Virus record (IMG/VR): IMGVR_UViG_3300025466_000029
Coordinates: 3,205-67,204 of that record
DNA length: 64,000 bases
Origin: a virus
Strand: one strand, 5' to 3'
Made by a program: the position numbers and the translations under genes. This document shows positions 27,903 through 37,668 of this stretch, piece after piece; the stretch's first letter is position 1; every line of letters begins with the position of its first letter. The notes under the pieces are model-generated. The model did not search any database. It was not told the origin of the DNA and saw nothing but the letters and a program-made list of their open reading frames with translations.

Positions 27903-28877
27903 TTATCCTTGTGAATCATCTATATTCGTCCATGAGGACGATTGGGTATTGTTTATATTATCCCAGTTTGTGGAAGTATTGTCATTAATCTTTGTCCAAG
28001 TATTTGATTGAGCATTATTAATAGCATTCCAGTTTGAGCTTTGGTTATCATTTATTTTAGCCCATGTAGCAGTTTGCGTGTCGTCAATCTTAAACCAACC
28101 ACGTGGGAACTGTTGGTCTAGTAAAGTGAATGATTCAATAATAGCTGCTTTAAACTGTGCTGTTACTTGGTTTCGGTCTGCTAAATTAATGTTTTCTGAA
28201 ATGCTCGATATAAAAGCGGCAGTAATTGTTGCAGAATCAGCTGCATTGAAGTTCTCAGTAATCGAAAAGAAATACACTGAGATGATGGTTTCAATGTCAG
28301 CTAATGTAATGTTTTCTGTAATACTAGAATTAAAGTTTGCAATTATACTAATTGCGTCAAGTAAAGTAATATTTTCAACAATACTTGATTGAAATTGAGC
28401 CGTTATTGCTAATATATCTGCTGAAGTAATTGATTCTGTAGTACTTGATTGGAACTGAGCAGCAATAGCTACTACATCAGCCATCGTAAAGTTTTCCGTA
28501 ATATTTTCAAGTGCTGCAAAATATGGTACTAAAACATCTTGTATATTACTATTTTCAGTTACGCTTTGTGCAAAACCTGCTGTGATTGACTCTGTATCGC
28601 CCAATGTAAATGGTTCAGTAATGCTTTCTAGAAATGTACTTAGCTGTGTACTTGAATCTCCTAGTCCAAAATTTTCATTTATACTAAAAATTAAAATAGA
28701 CCCTGCTTCAGAGTTATTATCAGTTACCCCAAAGTTTTCAGTAATTGTCTGTCCAAATGTCCATGATTGAGTATTTGCATTAGCTACGCCAATATTTTCA
28801 CTTATTGATAAAGTATATAATACTCCAGGATTACCTCCAGCAAATGATGTTTGCGCAAATGCGCTAAAACCAAACAT
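27903..28877 (-). CDS. repetitive tail-associated protein
   Basis: MFGFSAFAQ start; ~20-aa ITEN repeats; C-terminal 11-aa W..I..Q repeats. Confidence 0.65.
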   Translation of the reverse strand: MFGFSAFAQTSFAGGNPGVLYTLSISENIGVANANTQSWTFGQTITENFGVTDNNSEAGSILIFSINENFGLGDSSTQLSTFLESITEPFTLGDTESITAGFAQSVTENSNIQDVLVPYFAALENITENFTMADVVAIAAQFQSSTTESITSADILAITAQFQSSIVENITLLDAISIIANFNSSITENITLADIETIISVYFFSITENFNAADSATITAAFISSISENINLADRNQVTAQFKAAIIESFTLLDQQFPRGWFKIDDTQTATWAKINDNQSSNWNAINNAQSNTWTKINDNTSTNWDNINNTQSSSWTNIDDSQG

Positions 28878-29248
28878 TAATTTATAACCTCAACCCAAGA
28901 AGTAGTAGATTCATCCCATCTATAATTTTTACCATCCGTAGGCATTGGGGTTGGAGCTTGCCATAGCCATGTATCATGATTTAATACCCATGATGGAAAT
29001 GGGCTTTGTGAATAAAATACATCATATTCAGAATCATAAATCATGCCAATACCAGCATAATTACCGCGCAATGCAATACCGCCATCAGGTATATTAGAAT
29101 CAGGAGCATAATGCACATTACCTCTTGTATTGTATGAGGTTTGTAACCATGTACCTGGTGATGAATCTACAAATGTTTCAAAGTAACTTTCATCTGCTGA
29201 AATTACTTGTATTACTTCACCATTTAAAACTTTTGCGTAATATCCCAT
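28877..29248 (-). CDS. tail fibre-associated protein
   Basis: W.QTSYN, R.NYAGIG..YD...D.F...PFPSW, W.AP.P.P.DG..Y.WDE. Confidence 0.7.
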   Translation of the reverse strand: MGYYAKVLNGEVIQVISADESYFETFVDSSPGTWLQTSYNTRGNVHYAPDSNIPDGGIALRGNYAGIGMIYDSEYDVFYSQSPFPSWVLNHDTWLWQAPTPMPTDGKNYRWDESTTSWVEVIN

Positions 29249-29257
29249 TATTAATCC

Positions 29258-32200
29258 CTAAGCAACATAAGTTCCACTAGCTGTGAATTTAATGATTGTA
29301 TTTGAACCTGAAGTTGTCACCGTTGGGGAACCTGTTACTGTACCTGTATAGTATGTCGTAGGAACAGAAATAATTACTACACCTGAACCACCTGCACCGC
29401 CTGTAGATGAAGAAGCGTTATTTGAGCCTCCGCCACCGCCACCTCCAGTATTTGCACTTCCTGCCGTGCCTGGGTTTCCTACTACACCGCCTGTGTTACC
29501 AGTTGAAGCAGTAGAACCAGTTGAGCCACCACCAGCATAGTAAATAGCTGTACCTGTAATTGAGTTTTGTGTAGCTGCACCGCCAGTACCACCAGCAGCA
29601 CCACTTTGACCAACAGCAGCAGAACCACCACCAGCACCACCATAGTAGGGAGCTGCACCGTTTGACATACCAGTGCCACCAGCATTGCCTTGTCCAGCAG
29701 TACCTGAACCACCACCTTGACCAGGATAACCACCACCGCCACCTGACCCACCAGCACCACCAGCAGTGCTATATCCGCCTCCTCTACCACCACCTGAAGC
29801 AGTTGTAGCAACGCCTGTTAATGTAGAATTATTACCTACTGTTCCACTTGTTGCTCCACCGCCAGCACCACCTCCGCCAACTGTCGCAGTGTATGTAGAA
29901 CCAACTGTGAGTGTTTGTGTTCCTGTTAAATATCCACCAGCACCGCCAGCACCTCCAGCACCTGAACCTGAAGGAGTACCACCGCCACCACCACCGCCAG
30001 CAACAACTAAATATGTCGATGAGTATGATGTGTTTAATGTAGTAATTGAGTTAGATGCAGCACTTGATGCACTATTACCAACTGCGTTAGTAGCATAGAC
30101 AGTAAATGTGTACGTTGTATTAGCGGTTAAACCACTGACTGTAATAGTACCTGAGCCAGAAGTGGATAAAGTTCCAGTAATACCGCCAGGACTTGATACA
30201 GCTGTATATGAGGTAATTGGAGTTCCACCGTTGAAGGATGGAGCAGTATATGAAATTGTTGCTTTTGTTTGACCTGGGGAGCCAAGAGCAGCAGTGCCAA
30301 TAGTCGGAGCATTAGGCACCGTCCAAGTTGTTACAGAGTTAGATGCGGCACTAGATGACCCATTACCTATAGCGTTAGTAGCATAAACTGTAAATGTATA
30401 TGCTGTATTAGGTGTTAATCCTGAAACTGTTATACTACCTGAACCCGATGTAGATACTGTTCCTGTTAATCCACCAGGGCTTGATACCGCCGTATAAGAT
30501 GTAATTGGAGTTCCACCGTTATTAGTTGGTGCAGTATAAGCAACGGATACAGAAGTAGAGCCTGTAACAGTGGCAGTTCCAATAGTAGGTGCACCAGGGA
30601 CTGATAACGTAGTAATTGCATTGGAAGCAGCACTTGCCGCACTATTACCAGCTTGGTTAGTTGCATACACTGTAAATGTATATGTAGTGCCAGTAGTCAA
30701 CCCTGAAACTGTAATTGTGCCTGAACCTGACTGAGAAACGGTACCTGTTGCACCGCCTGGGCTTGCTACCGCTGTATAGCTAGTAATCGTATTCCCTGGG
30801 CCTCCAGTATTAGATGGGGCTGTATATGTCACAGTAGCTGATGTAGCTCCTGTGGTTGTGGCTGTGCCTATAGTAGGCGCATTAGGGACTGTAAACCATG
30901 CAACAACTTCCCATACTCCGCCATAGTAAGACTCAATTGCACCAATGTCTGAATTTACACGGGTCATACCACTGTTTGGAGTTCCTGGACGCTGAGTCGA
31001 TGTTCCAACTGGAAGACTAAAGTATCCAGTACTTGTATTTGATTGGTCTGAAACAAGCGCTGGAGTAATCAATGTCCATGCAGTTGTTGACCCGTTTGTT
31101 TGCAAGAAGTAATTTGTTTTGCTAGTTTGAGATGGCAACAATGCATTTAATGCTGCATTTGCTGTCGTTTGGCCCGTACCCCCAGCTGCAATAGGTAATG
31201 TGCCTGCAGTTAAAGCGTTAGCAGATGTTGAGTATAATGCATTATTAGCTGCGCCAAATGTTGTTAATCCTGTACCACCATAGTTATAGGCAATTGGATT
31301 ACCGTTCCAAGTACCATTAGTAAGCGTTGCCGTACCAAAGTTAGCAGTTGTTGTACTAAAGTCATATGAAGATGGGATATAGCTATAAGCAACCCATGTA
31401 CCTGCGGTAGTCCCATTAGCAGTTAATACTAAAATAGAAGTACCACCAGTAACAGTTGTATCTATCGTAGTAGAAGCACTGTCTTTAATAGTTACATTGC
31501 CAGTTGAGTTATTAGCAATAGTAAATGCTAACCCCTTATAGAGCGTTGTTGCATTTGGTAGTTGGATAGTTTGTGTTGTTGTACCTACTACTTGTTGCCA
31601 GCCTGAGGATGCGTTTGTTAATACTGTAGTACCAGCAGCTGCAGTGATTGTATTAAAGCCTAGATATACGTTATTTGCATATAAAGTACCAAGACCTGGG
31701 TCTGGATTACCACCTAGTGAAACACCGCCAGATGCATATAACGTCATTGAATCTGTTGTGGCTGTAGACGCGTTTTGAATAAAATGGATGTTATTATTAT
31801 TCCAAGTAACAATACCTAAGTCCGCCATATTAGATTCAATATAGTTTACGTTAGGTTGGTTTACTGAGTTATTTGGGTATCCAGCCGCAGAATAGCTATA
31901 AGTTGAGCTGTTTGTGCCAAGCTCTAAAAAGTACCCTGTATTATAGTTATTTGCGCCTACTTGAATAGAACTATAGGCTGTATTACTTGAACTTGTATTT
32001 TGAACAGTAACAGTATTAACAACAGGTTCAGCAGAAGCAAAAGTAGCAAGTTGACCTAATTGAGCAAAGTTATATGTCCCATCACCTACGTTTAAAGTAC
32101 CAACAGTAGTAGATGTGTTAGGTACATTGGTAAGGATATTAACTGAACCATTTGCATCTATATTGACAGATTTTTCAGATGGGTATGTACAAAATACATT

Positions 32201-32464
32201 AGAAGCCCCAACAAGTGTAATTGGAGCTGTATTACCGTTAGAATTAGATAATATGGTAGTTCTAGTAAGAGTAGGCCCAGTTGTCGAATAGGTACCAATC
32301 CCAACTTCCCATGATGAACCATTAACAATACAATAAAAAGTACTATTACCATTACCAATAACCGCAAATGTTTGAAACCCTGATACGGCACCGCCTAATG
32401 TAATGGTGCCTGTACCAGTAGTAGCTGTCGTCTCTTGAACGCGGTCTTGTAACACTAGAGCCAT
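29258..32464 (-). CDS. long tail fibre/adhesin with three FN3 domains and a glycine-rich C-terminal domain
   Basis: DRV.ET..T.GTG N-terminus; 3x P.APTIGTA...YTFTVYATN..G; YLVVAGGGGGG...GGSGVVII. Confidence 0.8.
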   Translation of the reverse strand: MALVLQDRVQETTATTGTGTITLGGAVSGFQTFAVIGNGNSTFYCIVNGSSWEVGIGTYSTTGPTLTRTTILSNSNGNTAPITLVGASNVFCTYPSEKSVNIDANGSVNILTNVPNTSTTVGTLNVGDGTYNFAQLGQLATFASAEPVVNTVTVQNTSSSNTAYSSIQVGANNYNTGYFLELGTNSSTYSYSAAGYPNNSVNQPNVNYIESNMADLGIVTWNNNNIHFIQNASTATTDSMTLYASGGVSLGGNPDPGLGTLYANNVYLGFNTITAAAGTTVLTNASSGWQQVVGTTTQTIQLPNATTLYKGLAFTIANNSTGNVTIKDSASTTIDTTVTGGTSILVLTANGTTAGTWVAYSYIPSSYDFSTTTANFGTATLTNGTWNGNPIAYNYGGTGLTTFGAANNALYSTSANALTAGTLPIAAGGTGQTTANAALNALLPSQTSKTNYFLQTNGSTTAWTLITPALVSDQSNTSTGYFSLPVGTSTQRPGTPNSGMTRVNSDIGAIESYYGGVWEVVAWFTVPNAPTIGTATTTGATSATVTYTAPSNTGGPGNTITSYTAVASPGGATGTVSQSGSGTITVSGLTTGTTYTFTVYATNQAGNSAASAASNAITTLSVPGAPTIGTATVTGSTSVSVAYTAPTNNGGTPITSYTAVSSPGGLTGTVSTSGSGSITVSGLTPNTAYTFTVYATNAIGNGSSSAASNSVTTWTVPNAPTIGTAALGSPGQTKATISYTAPSFNGGTPITSYTAVSSPGGITGTLSTSGSGTITVSGLTANTTYTFTVYATNAVGNSASSAASNSITTLNTSYSSTYLVVAGGGGGGGTPSGSGAGGAGGAGGYLTGTQTLTVGSTYTATVGGGGAGGGATSGTVGNNSTLTGVATTASGGGRGGGYSTAGGAGGSGGGGGYPGQGGGSGTAGQGNAGGTGMSNGAAPYYGGAGGGSAAVGQSGAAGGTGGAATQNSITGTAIYYAGGGSTGSTASTGNTGGVVGNPGTAGSANTGGGGGGGSNNASSSTGGAGGSGVVIISVPTTYYTGTVTGSPTVTTSGSNTIIKFTASGTYVA
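30040..30890 (-). repeat. three tandem ~285-bp FN3-coding repeats
   Basis: Three near-identical ~95-aa units. Confidence 0.8.
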
Positions 32465-32474
32465 TTAGGACTCC

Positions 32475-33083
32475 TTAGCTTGTTGCAGTTGTAGAGTATG
32501 TAACGCTTACTGTATCACCAGCTGTTGTAATTTTGGCTGTTGCAAATGCGCCTGCACTGTATAAAGTACCGCTTGTATTGTTTTGAGTACTTGAAGCACC
32601 TGAACCTGTAGTTAAGAAACAACCACCAACTGTACCACCTGCACCTGTAATAGTGTAAGTAATAGCTGTAGCTGTAGATGTTGTTACGTTAGTAGGTGTT
32701 GTACCTGTTGAGCTTGATGCACCAAATACTGCTGTGCCACGTACTGCTGAACCACCAACTGTGTAGTTAACAAACTCTGTCCAACCTGAGTGTGATGTCA
32801 TTGTATCAGATGCAGCGAATGTTGGGCTTGCACCTGAAATCAAACCTAAGAATGGACCTGTAGTTGTATAAGTACCTGATGTACGTAATAGCGTATCAAG
32901 CAATAATTGTTTGCCTACAGCATTTACTAAGTTAGGAAATGAATCTTCCCATTTTAAGTTACCAGCTGCATCACGGCATTCAACGTGATATACACCCTCA
33001 ATACCAACTGTTTCATTATCAGCTACATTTGTAGCCATTGTAGCTACAGCATTATCACCGAAGCCTTGTAGTTCTTTAATCAT
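32475..33083 (-). CDS. virion structural protein
   Basis: KWED...NLV...G, DTM.SH.GW.E, GD...VTY. Confidence 0.65.
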   Translation of the reverse strand: MIKELQGFGDNAVATMATNVADNETVGIEGVYHVECRDAAGNLKWEDSFPNLVNAVGKQLLLDTLLRTSGTYTTTGPFLGLISGASPTFAASDTMTSHSGWTEFVNYTVGGSAVRGTAVFGASSSTGTTPTNVTTSTATAITYTITGAGGTVGGCFLTTGSGASSTQNNTSGTLYSAGAFATAKITTAGDTVSVTYSTTATS

Positions 33084-33093
33084 GTTGTTACTC

Positions 33094-33516
33094 CTATGAA
33101 ATGCGAATTACAGCGTTCGATGCGTCGGCTGTAGGAAAAGTTACTGTAAATGTATTTGTTGCAGTTTTATCTGACCCAAAATTTAGTACCGCAACCGCGG
33201 CTCCAGTAGTGCTATTATATATTAATGCACCCCTAGTAGTGAAACTTGCTGGATTCCAGGTTACGTTATTAAATGATACATAAGCAGTTGAACCGCTGTA
33301 GGCTGGTGGAATAATTACCAAAGTCCTACCCCCTGCTGTATACCCTGTACCTGTAACCTCATTAACTGAAGTATATGCAGTTGTTGTAGCATCTAAATTA
33401 GCATTAGCATTATATAAAGCAATCTTATATACGTATGGGGTTGTTAAAGAGAAGTTCTCTAATCCATTCAATAAGTTATCTTTAAATATAGTGCACTGGG
33501 TTTGAACAATAGCCAT
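33094..33516 (-). CDS. virion structural protein
   Basis: KIALY, TT.Y...NEV.GTGYTAGG, GALIYN, FG.DK. Confidence 0.7.
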   Translation of the reverse strand: MAIVQTQCTIFKDNLLNGLENFSLTTPYVYKIALYNANANLDATTTAYTSVNEVTGTGYTAGGRTLVIIPPAYSGSTAYVSFNNVTWNPASFTTRGALIYNSTTGAAVAVLNFGSDKTATNTFTVTFPTADASNAVIRIS

Positions 33517-34442
33517 TATAGACCTTTATATTCCAAGCTAGTCTGCCCCTTGCGGTAAGCATCATTACGTTCAAGACCATCACCAAGACGTTTAACTTGC
33601 ATCAATGCTTCTTGATATTTTTGCTCGTAGTACTGAACCATATCTTGCTCCCCCTTCATGAAGATGAGAGCCTCACGCATAGCGCCATAGAATAATACTG
33701 GGTCGTAGTTATCACCTAACCATGAGGTACCTTTGGTGTTAGATATAGCCGTTACAGCAATAGAAAAGCCTGAACCTGAATTACCAATAGTCGTAGTAGA
33801 TGCAGATAACACATCACCAACTACATAAAAATTACCACCAAACTTCAAGGTTACTGAAGTAACTGCACCGCCAACAATCACGATGTCAGCAGAAGCGCCT
33901 GAACCTGAACCACCTGTCAATGGAATATTTTGGTATACGCCATTGGTATATAGTGAGCCACCACTGAATGAAGCGGTATTAAGCGTAGTAATTTGACCTT
34001 GCACAATGGTAGGTGGGTAGTAATAGTAATGCATCTCTACACCATAGCTAGCATCAGGTGTTGGCCCTAAGATTAAAGACATCTCATTGATGTCAGTGTA
34101 CTGAGACCCAAAAAGCGCATAGTACTTAGGCAAGCCTGTAGATGTAGGGTTTGGATATGCTTCGCGCATATAGTTCACATCTTTGTTTAGTAGGTAGTTA
34201 TAGTTACCTGAAGCATCAATCACAGCAATAGAATAATTCGATAACCAATCACTTGGTAAAGATACATATTGATTAGTCGCTGTTAGTGTACCTGTTACGT
34301 TCTTACGTAATGCTGGAATTTGAACAGAGTTATATATGCGGTCTTCAGCTTCCTGAATAAAAACAGGAATAGAGGCAACAAATAGTGACTCTGTGTTTTC
34401 AGCATAAGCTTGAATGTTGTTATACAGTTGCTCGTAATTCAT
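33516..34442 (-). CDS. head-tail adaptor (tail tubular protein A-like) with inserted beta domain
   Basis: FIQ.AE.RI, G.PKYYA, GPTPD, WL..N....LFYG. Confidence 0.7.
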   Translation of the reverse strand: MNYEQLYNNIQAYAENTESLFVASIPVFIQEAEDRIYNSVQIPALRKNVTGTLTATNQYVSLPSDWLSNYSIAVIDASGNYNYLLNKDVNYMREAYPNPTSTGLPKYYALFGSQYTDINEMSLILGPTPDASYGVEMHYYYYPPTIVQGQITTLNTASFSGGSLYTNGVYQNIPLTGGSGSGASADIVIVGGAVTSVTLKFGGNFYVVGDVLSASTTTIGNSGSGFSIAVTAISNTKGTSWLGDNYDPVLFYGAMREALIFMKGEQDMVQYYEQKYQEALMQVKRLGDGLERNDAYRKGQTSLEYKGL

Positions 34443-34446
34443 CTAG

Positions 34447-34506
34447 TTACATAACCTCAAATTTATTTCGTTTTAATCTAGCTATTTCTGGGTCTTTATA
34501 TGGCAT
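34447..34506 (-). pseudogene. internally deleted HNH endonuclease remnant (19 aa)
   Basis: MPYKDPEIARLKRNKFEVM: start matches the HNH at 39245 (MPYKDPE), end matches the HNH at 24862 (KANKHEVI). Confidence 0.6.
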
Positions 34507-34847
34507 TAGGCTAAAGGCCCACGTGCTTTAGTACCTTTAGTAGCTGCGCCATTTCCGCGAGTAACAACACCTTCTGATTTAACTCTTTCAACTCTATTGC
34601 CAATACTTACGCGACGTGCAGGCATGCCGCCTGGAGTAGATTCATTAGCCGCCATAGAGTTAGGGTCAGTAGCCCATTGGATATCTTCATTACCGATAAC
34701 CATAGGTTGTTTATAGACATTAATATCATTGCCACCACCTGCTGGATATTTAAAGCCTGTGTATGCGCTAGCGTCTTTATTTTCTTTAGCATTACCTAAT
34801 GGATAAGCTTCTGCTGGTGTTGCTTTTACAAAATCATTTTTAGCCAT
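34506..34847 (-). CDS. small virion-module protein
   Basis: Start MAKNDF behind AAGGA; ends RGNGAATKGTKARGPLA. Confidence 0.7.
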   Translation of the reverse strand: MAKNDFVKATPAEAYPLGNAKENKDASAYTGFKYPAGGGNDINVYKQPMVIGNEDIQWATDPNSMAANESTPGGMPARRVSIGNRVERVKSEGVVTRGNGAATKGTKARGPLA

Positions 34848-34851
34848 GATG

Positions 34852-35028
34852 TTATCCTTGGTTTTTAGCACGTGCCAAATTACGACCAACTGATTTCATT
34901 GAATCAGTAGTAACGCCTTTTGAGCCTTTGCCTGATTGAATGCCGACTTTTTTACCGTCGTCACCTAGATTTGTACCTTTTGTTTTACCTGACTTAGTGA
35001 TGCCGTCAGCTGCTGTTCTATAACCCAT
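34852..35028 (-). CDS. small basic virion-module protein (58 aa, not in ORF track)
   Basis: MGYRTAADGITKSGKTKG...GRNLARAKNQG; AAGGAG RBS. Confidence 0.7.
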   Translation of the reverse strand: MGYRTAADGITKSGKTKGTNLGDDGKKVGIQSGKGSKGVTTDSMKSVGRNLARAKNQG

Positions 35029-35040
35029 TTTAAAACTCCT

Positions 35041-35430
35041 TTAAGTTGTTGTGATTGTAACACTTCCTACTAAACCTTGCGATATTAATGCACTAGGTGT
35101 AAGAACGGAGTCAAACTGTCTGGCTCCACCCACAGGTGCCCAACCCCATTCAAATTGTCGACTACCGTCTGAGATAAAGCCATCAGCACCCAAACCTGAA
35201 GTATAGTAACTAGTATCAGGGCGTGGGTCTCTAATCGCTTGCGGGTCATTCACTGGGTACATACCCAAATGAAGTTGCGGTTGGTCAGGGTCCCAGCACT
35301 CAGGACAAACTAGTATGTTCACTTGTTTCGTCTTGATAATAAGCTTCTTTAATTCCTTTAGCTTATATCGTTCACCGCATCTATCGCATTCGGCAATTGC
35401 GTTCTTACCACTAGCATACTTGGTAGGCAT
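35041..35430 (-). CDS. Zn-ribbon virion-module protein
   Basis: CDRCG...VCPECWD..QPQ...DPQA..PRPD. Confidence 0.75.
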   Translation of the reverse strand: MPTKYASGKNAIAECDRCGERYKLKELKKLIIKTKQVNILVCPECWDPDQPQLHLGMYPVNDPQAIRDPRPDTSYYTSGLGADGFISDGSRQFEWGWAPVGGARQFDSVLTPSALISQGLVGSVTITTT

Positions 35431-35433
35431 TAC

Positions 35434-36363
35434 TTACCTCGTGTAGCTCATGTTGCGTGGTACAAATCGAATCGGTGCTTTCTCTCTATCTTCATCAGCA
35501 GCTAGTTGGAACTGTTGTTCGTAGTCTGCTTTTAAACCCATGATGCGGTCAGATGCTACACCTTCTAACTTAACTGACAAGTAGTATGCTAAACCAGCAA
35601 CCATTGCTGGGATAAAGCGGAATGGGATGTCTTCTGTATTAACACCATCACCTGCATTGTTTAGACGACGTAAGCGCCAGTAAATCAATGTGTATTGTGT
35701 GCCTGAAACACCTGTAGGCCAGATGTTTACGTTAGGAAGTCTTGTAACAGTAACGCTATCACCAGATGAATGTGCTGCTGCAGTTGTATTATTAACGCCA
35801 CGATAGCAGTTTAGTAACTGATTGCCACTCACGTTTTGATATAGGATAGTCTCTGAACCAATGTTGATATAGCCTTGAGTAGCTAGGTTAGCTGCGCTTG
35901 TCACATTGATTGTTGTATCAGTTGAGGCTATACCTGCTGATAATGTCGTTGTAGCTGACATATTTATATTGCCTGATTGGCGGTCAACCCACACTTGAAT
36001 CGGACGGCCTGTAGCATTCTTATTAGGAATGGTTGAGTAGGTAGACTCAGAGATGCGGTTGATGTTGATGTCAGTTTGGTTTTGACCAGTACCCGTACGG
36101 ATAACCGTGTCGAGTAAATCAATAGTATCAATCGGTAGCGGGTAACTAATCTGACTGGCATTGATGTTGATTGGGATTTGACCTTGCTCGATAGTCCACA
36201 AGTTAATACCGCGATTAGCCCACTCAATCGTCATGATGTTCAATGAACGACGTGCTGTACGGAAGTCATAACCTGTACGAAGTTCTTTACCACAACGTTC
36301 AAAAGCCTCTTCAATGAGGTCATTTAAATCTAAATTAAATGTTGATACACCAGTAGTTGTCAT
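35434..36363 (-). CDS. head-tail connector/neck protein
   Basis: EEAFERCG, ARRSLN, WANRG.NLW, P.RF.P...GLAYY. Confidence 0.72.
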   Translation of the reverse strand: MTTTGVSTFNLDLNDLIEEAFERCGKELRTGYDFRTARRSLNIMTIEWANRGINLWTIEQGQIPININASQISYPLPIDTIDLLDTVIRTGTGQNQTDININRISESTYSTIPNKNATGRPIQVWVDRQSGNINMSATTTLSAGIASTDTTINVTSAANLATQGYINIGSETILYQNVSGNQLLNCYRGVNNTTAAAHSSGDSVTVTRLPNVNIWPTGVSGTQYTLIYWRLRRLNNAGDGVNTEDIPFRFIPAMVAGLAYYLSVKLEGVASDRIMGLKADYEQQFQLAADEDREKAPIRFVPRNMSYTR

Positions 36364-36367
36364 GTAG

Positions 36368-36493
36368 TTACCAAATAAAAATAATTTGAATCAAACCTAA
36401 GTTAATGATGAGATAGTCATCGCCTTCTAGTTCTTCATATTCAACCCCAAACATTACCCCTTTAATTAAGTTAATGCTATGGAGTTCAATCAT
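36368..36493 (-). CDS. small hypothetical protein (41 aa, not in ORF track)
   Basis: MIELHSINLIKGVMFGVEYEE...YLIINLGLIQIIFIW; TAATG coupling; fills the intergenic gap. Confidence 0.55.
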   Translation of the reverse strand: MIELHSINLIKGVMFGVEYEELEGDDYLIINLGLIQIIFIW

Positions 36494-36771
36494 TATTTTA
36501 GTCCTTTTAAAGTTTCAGCCAATCGTACTCGTTTACCTAACTTGCCTGGTGCTTTCGCTGCTTTAGCTAATTTCTTAGCAGGGATTTTTTCGCCTTCTTT
36601 TACACCAAGTTCTGCACGTAGTGCGCCTGGCTTACGGATAGCATCGCCAATCCAATTAACCTTACCGCCTTTTTTATATTGGGTAAAGTCCGTATTATCT
36701 CGACGAGATTTCTTTTCACCCTTCGGCATCTTTGAAGGATTAATATCACCCATGCCACGAGACGCGCGCAT
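36493..36771 (-). CDS. small basic virion-module protein
   Basis: MRASRGMG...YKKGG...KPGALR..LG...KIP..KL. Confidence 0.75.
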   Translation of the reverse strand: MRASRGMGDINPSKMPKGEKKSRRDNTDFTQYKKGGKVNWIGDAIRKPGALRAELGVKEGEKIPAKKLAKAAKAPGKLGKRVRLAETLKGLK

Positions 36772-37196
36772 TATACAAATCTTCCTCTTGTTTTACCACG
36801 GATAGCACAGCCATCTGCACGGGCTGAAGCTGAACCACCTTTAGCCATTTTCTTAACTTTACCACCGCGTTTCATACCTTCGCTAGCATCATAGCCACCA
36901 GCATTTACTTGACCCATATTAGCGCCTGTTTCACCTGATGCAGAACCCATGTCACCAGAAAGACCGTCAGCAGACCAGTAGTCGCCACTTGTATCTTTAA
37001 GTTTTTTAACTGTAGCTTTAGCCTTAGGTTTAGCTTTAGGTTTTTCTTTCTCTACAGCTTTAGCATCGCGACCCATATTAGGGCCTACTTTTTCATCGCT
37101 GAAATCCTGACGTGCCATTACTTTAGCTTGGTCTGCTTCTTTACCTTTGTACGGTTCGTATGATTTAGATACCGCTTTGTTCCATTCATTAGCCAT
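36771..37196 (-). CDS. basic protein with C-terminal SARADG-RGKTRG motif
   Basis: Ends MAKGGSASARADGCAIRGKTRGRFV. Confidence 0.7.
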   Translation of the reverse strand: MANEWNKAVSKSYEPYKGKEADQAKVMARQDFSDEKVGPNMGRDAKAVEKEKPKAKPKAKATVKKLKDTSGDYWSADGLSGDMGSASGETGANMGQVNAGGYDASEGMKRGGKVKKMAKGGSASARADGCAIRGKTRGRFV

Positions 37197-37198
37197 GA

Positions 37199-37438
37199 TT
37201 AAACAATCCTTCCACGAGTTTTGCCACGTTGAGCGCAACCATCTGCACGAGCTGAAGCAGAACCACCTTTACTATACCCAACTGGTTTAATTACTTTATT
37301 AATTTTTGCTTGAGCACTATCAGGATTCTTAGTATCTTGTGCTTTCATCTCAGCAGCAGCCTTAGCGTTTTGCTCAGGTGTACCAATAAAAAACTCTTTA
37401 ACCTTTGTTAGCGCACTTTTATCTTTGTCGTCAGCCAT
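37199..37438 (-). CDS. basic protein with C-terminal SARADG-RGKTRG motif
   Basis: Ends YSKGGSASARADGCAQRGKTRGRIV. Confidence 0.7.
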   Translation of the reverse strand: MADDKDKSALTKVKEFFIGTPEQNAKAAAEMKAQDTKNPDSAQAKINKVIKPVGYSKGGSASARADGCAQRGKTRGRIV

Positions 37439-37668
37439 TATACGAAGGTTCCTCTAGTTTTACCGCGTTGAGCAATACCATCAGCACGAGCTGAAGCAGA
37501 ACCACCTTTAGCAAGTTTGAGTGTGGTTTTCTTGCCACCATGCAGTTGGTCATCGTGTTGTTTGATTGCTGATTTAATCATGGCTTTATCTTGAGCCATG
37601 TCCATTTTTGTATCTTCTTTAGCCATACCGCCTTCTTTCATTTTTTTACATCCACATGATTTACTCAT
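37438..37668 (-). CDS. basic protein with C-terminal SARADG-RGKTRG motif
   Basis: Ends LAKGGSASARADGIAQRGKTRGTFV. Confidence 0.7.
   Translation of the reverse strand: MSKSCGCKKMKEGGMAKEDTKMDMAQDKAMIKSAIKQHDDQLHGGKKTTLKLAKGGSASARADGIAQRGKTRGTFV

Noticed and set aside
36781-37512. Repeats as a diversity-generating retroelement TR/VR pair
   Set aside because: No reverse transcriptase is present, and differences are mostly synonymous rather than adenine-specific.
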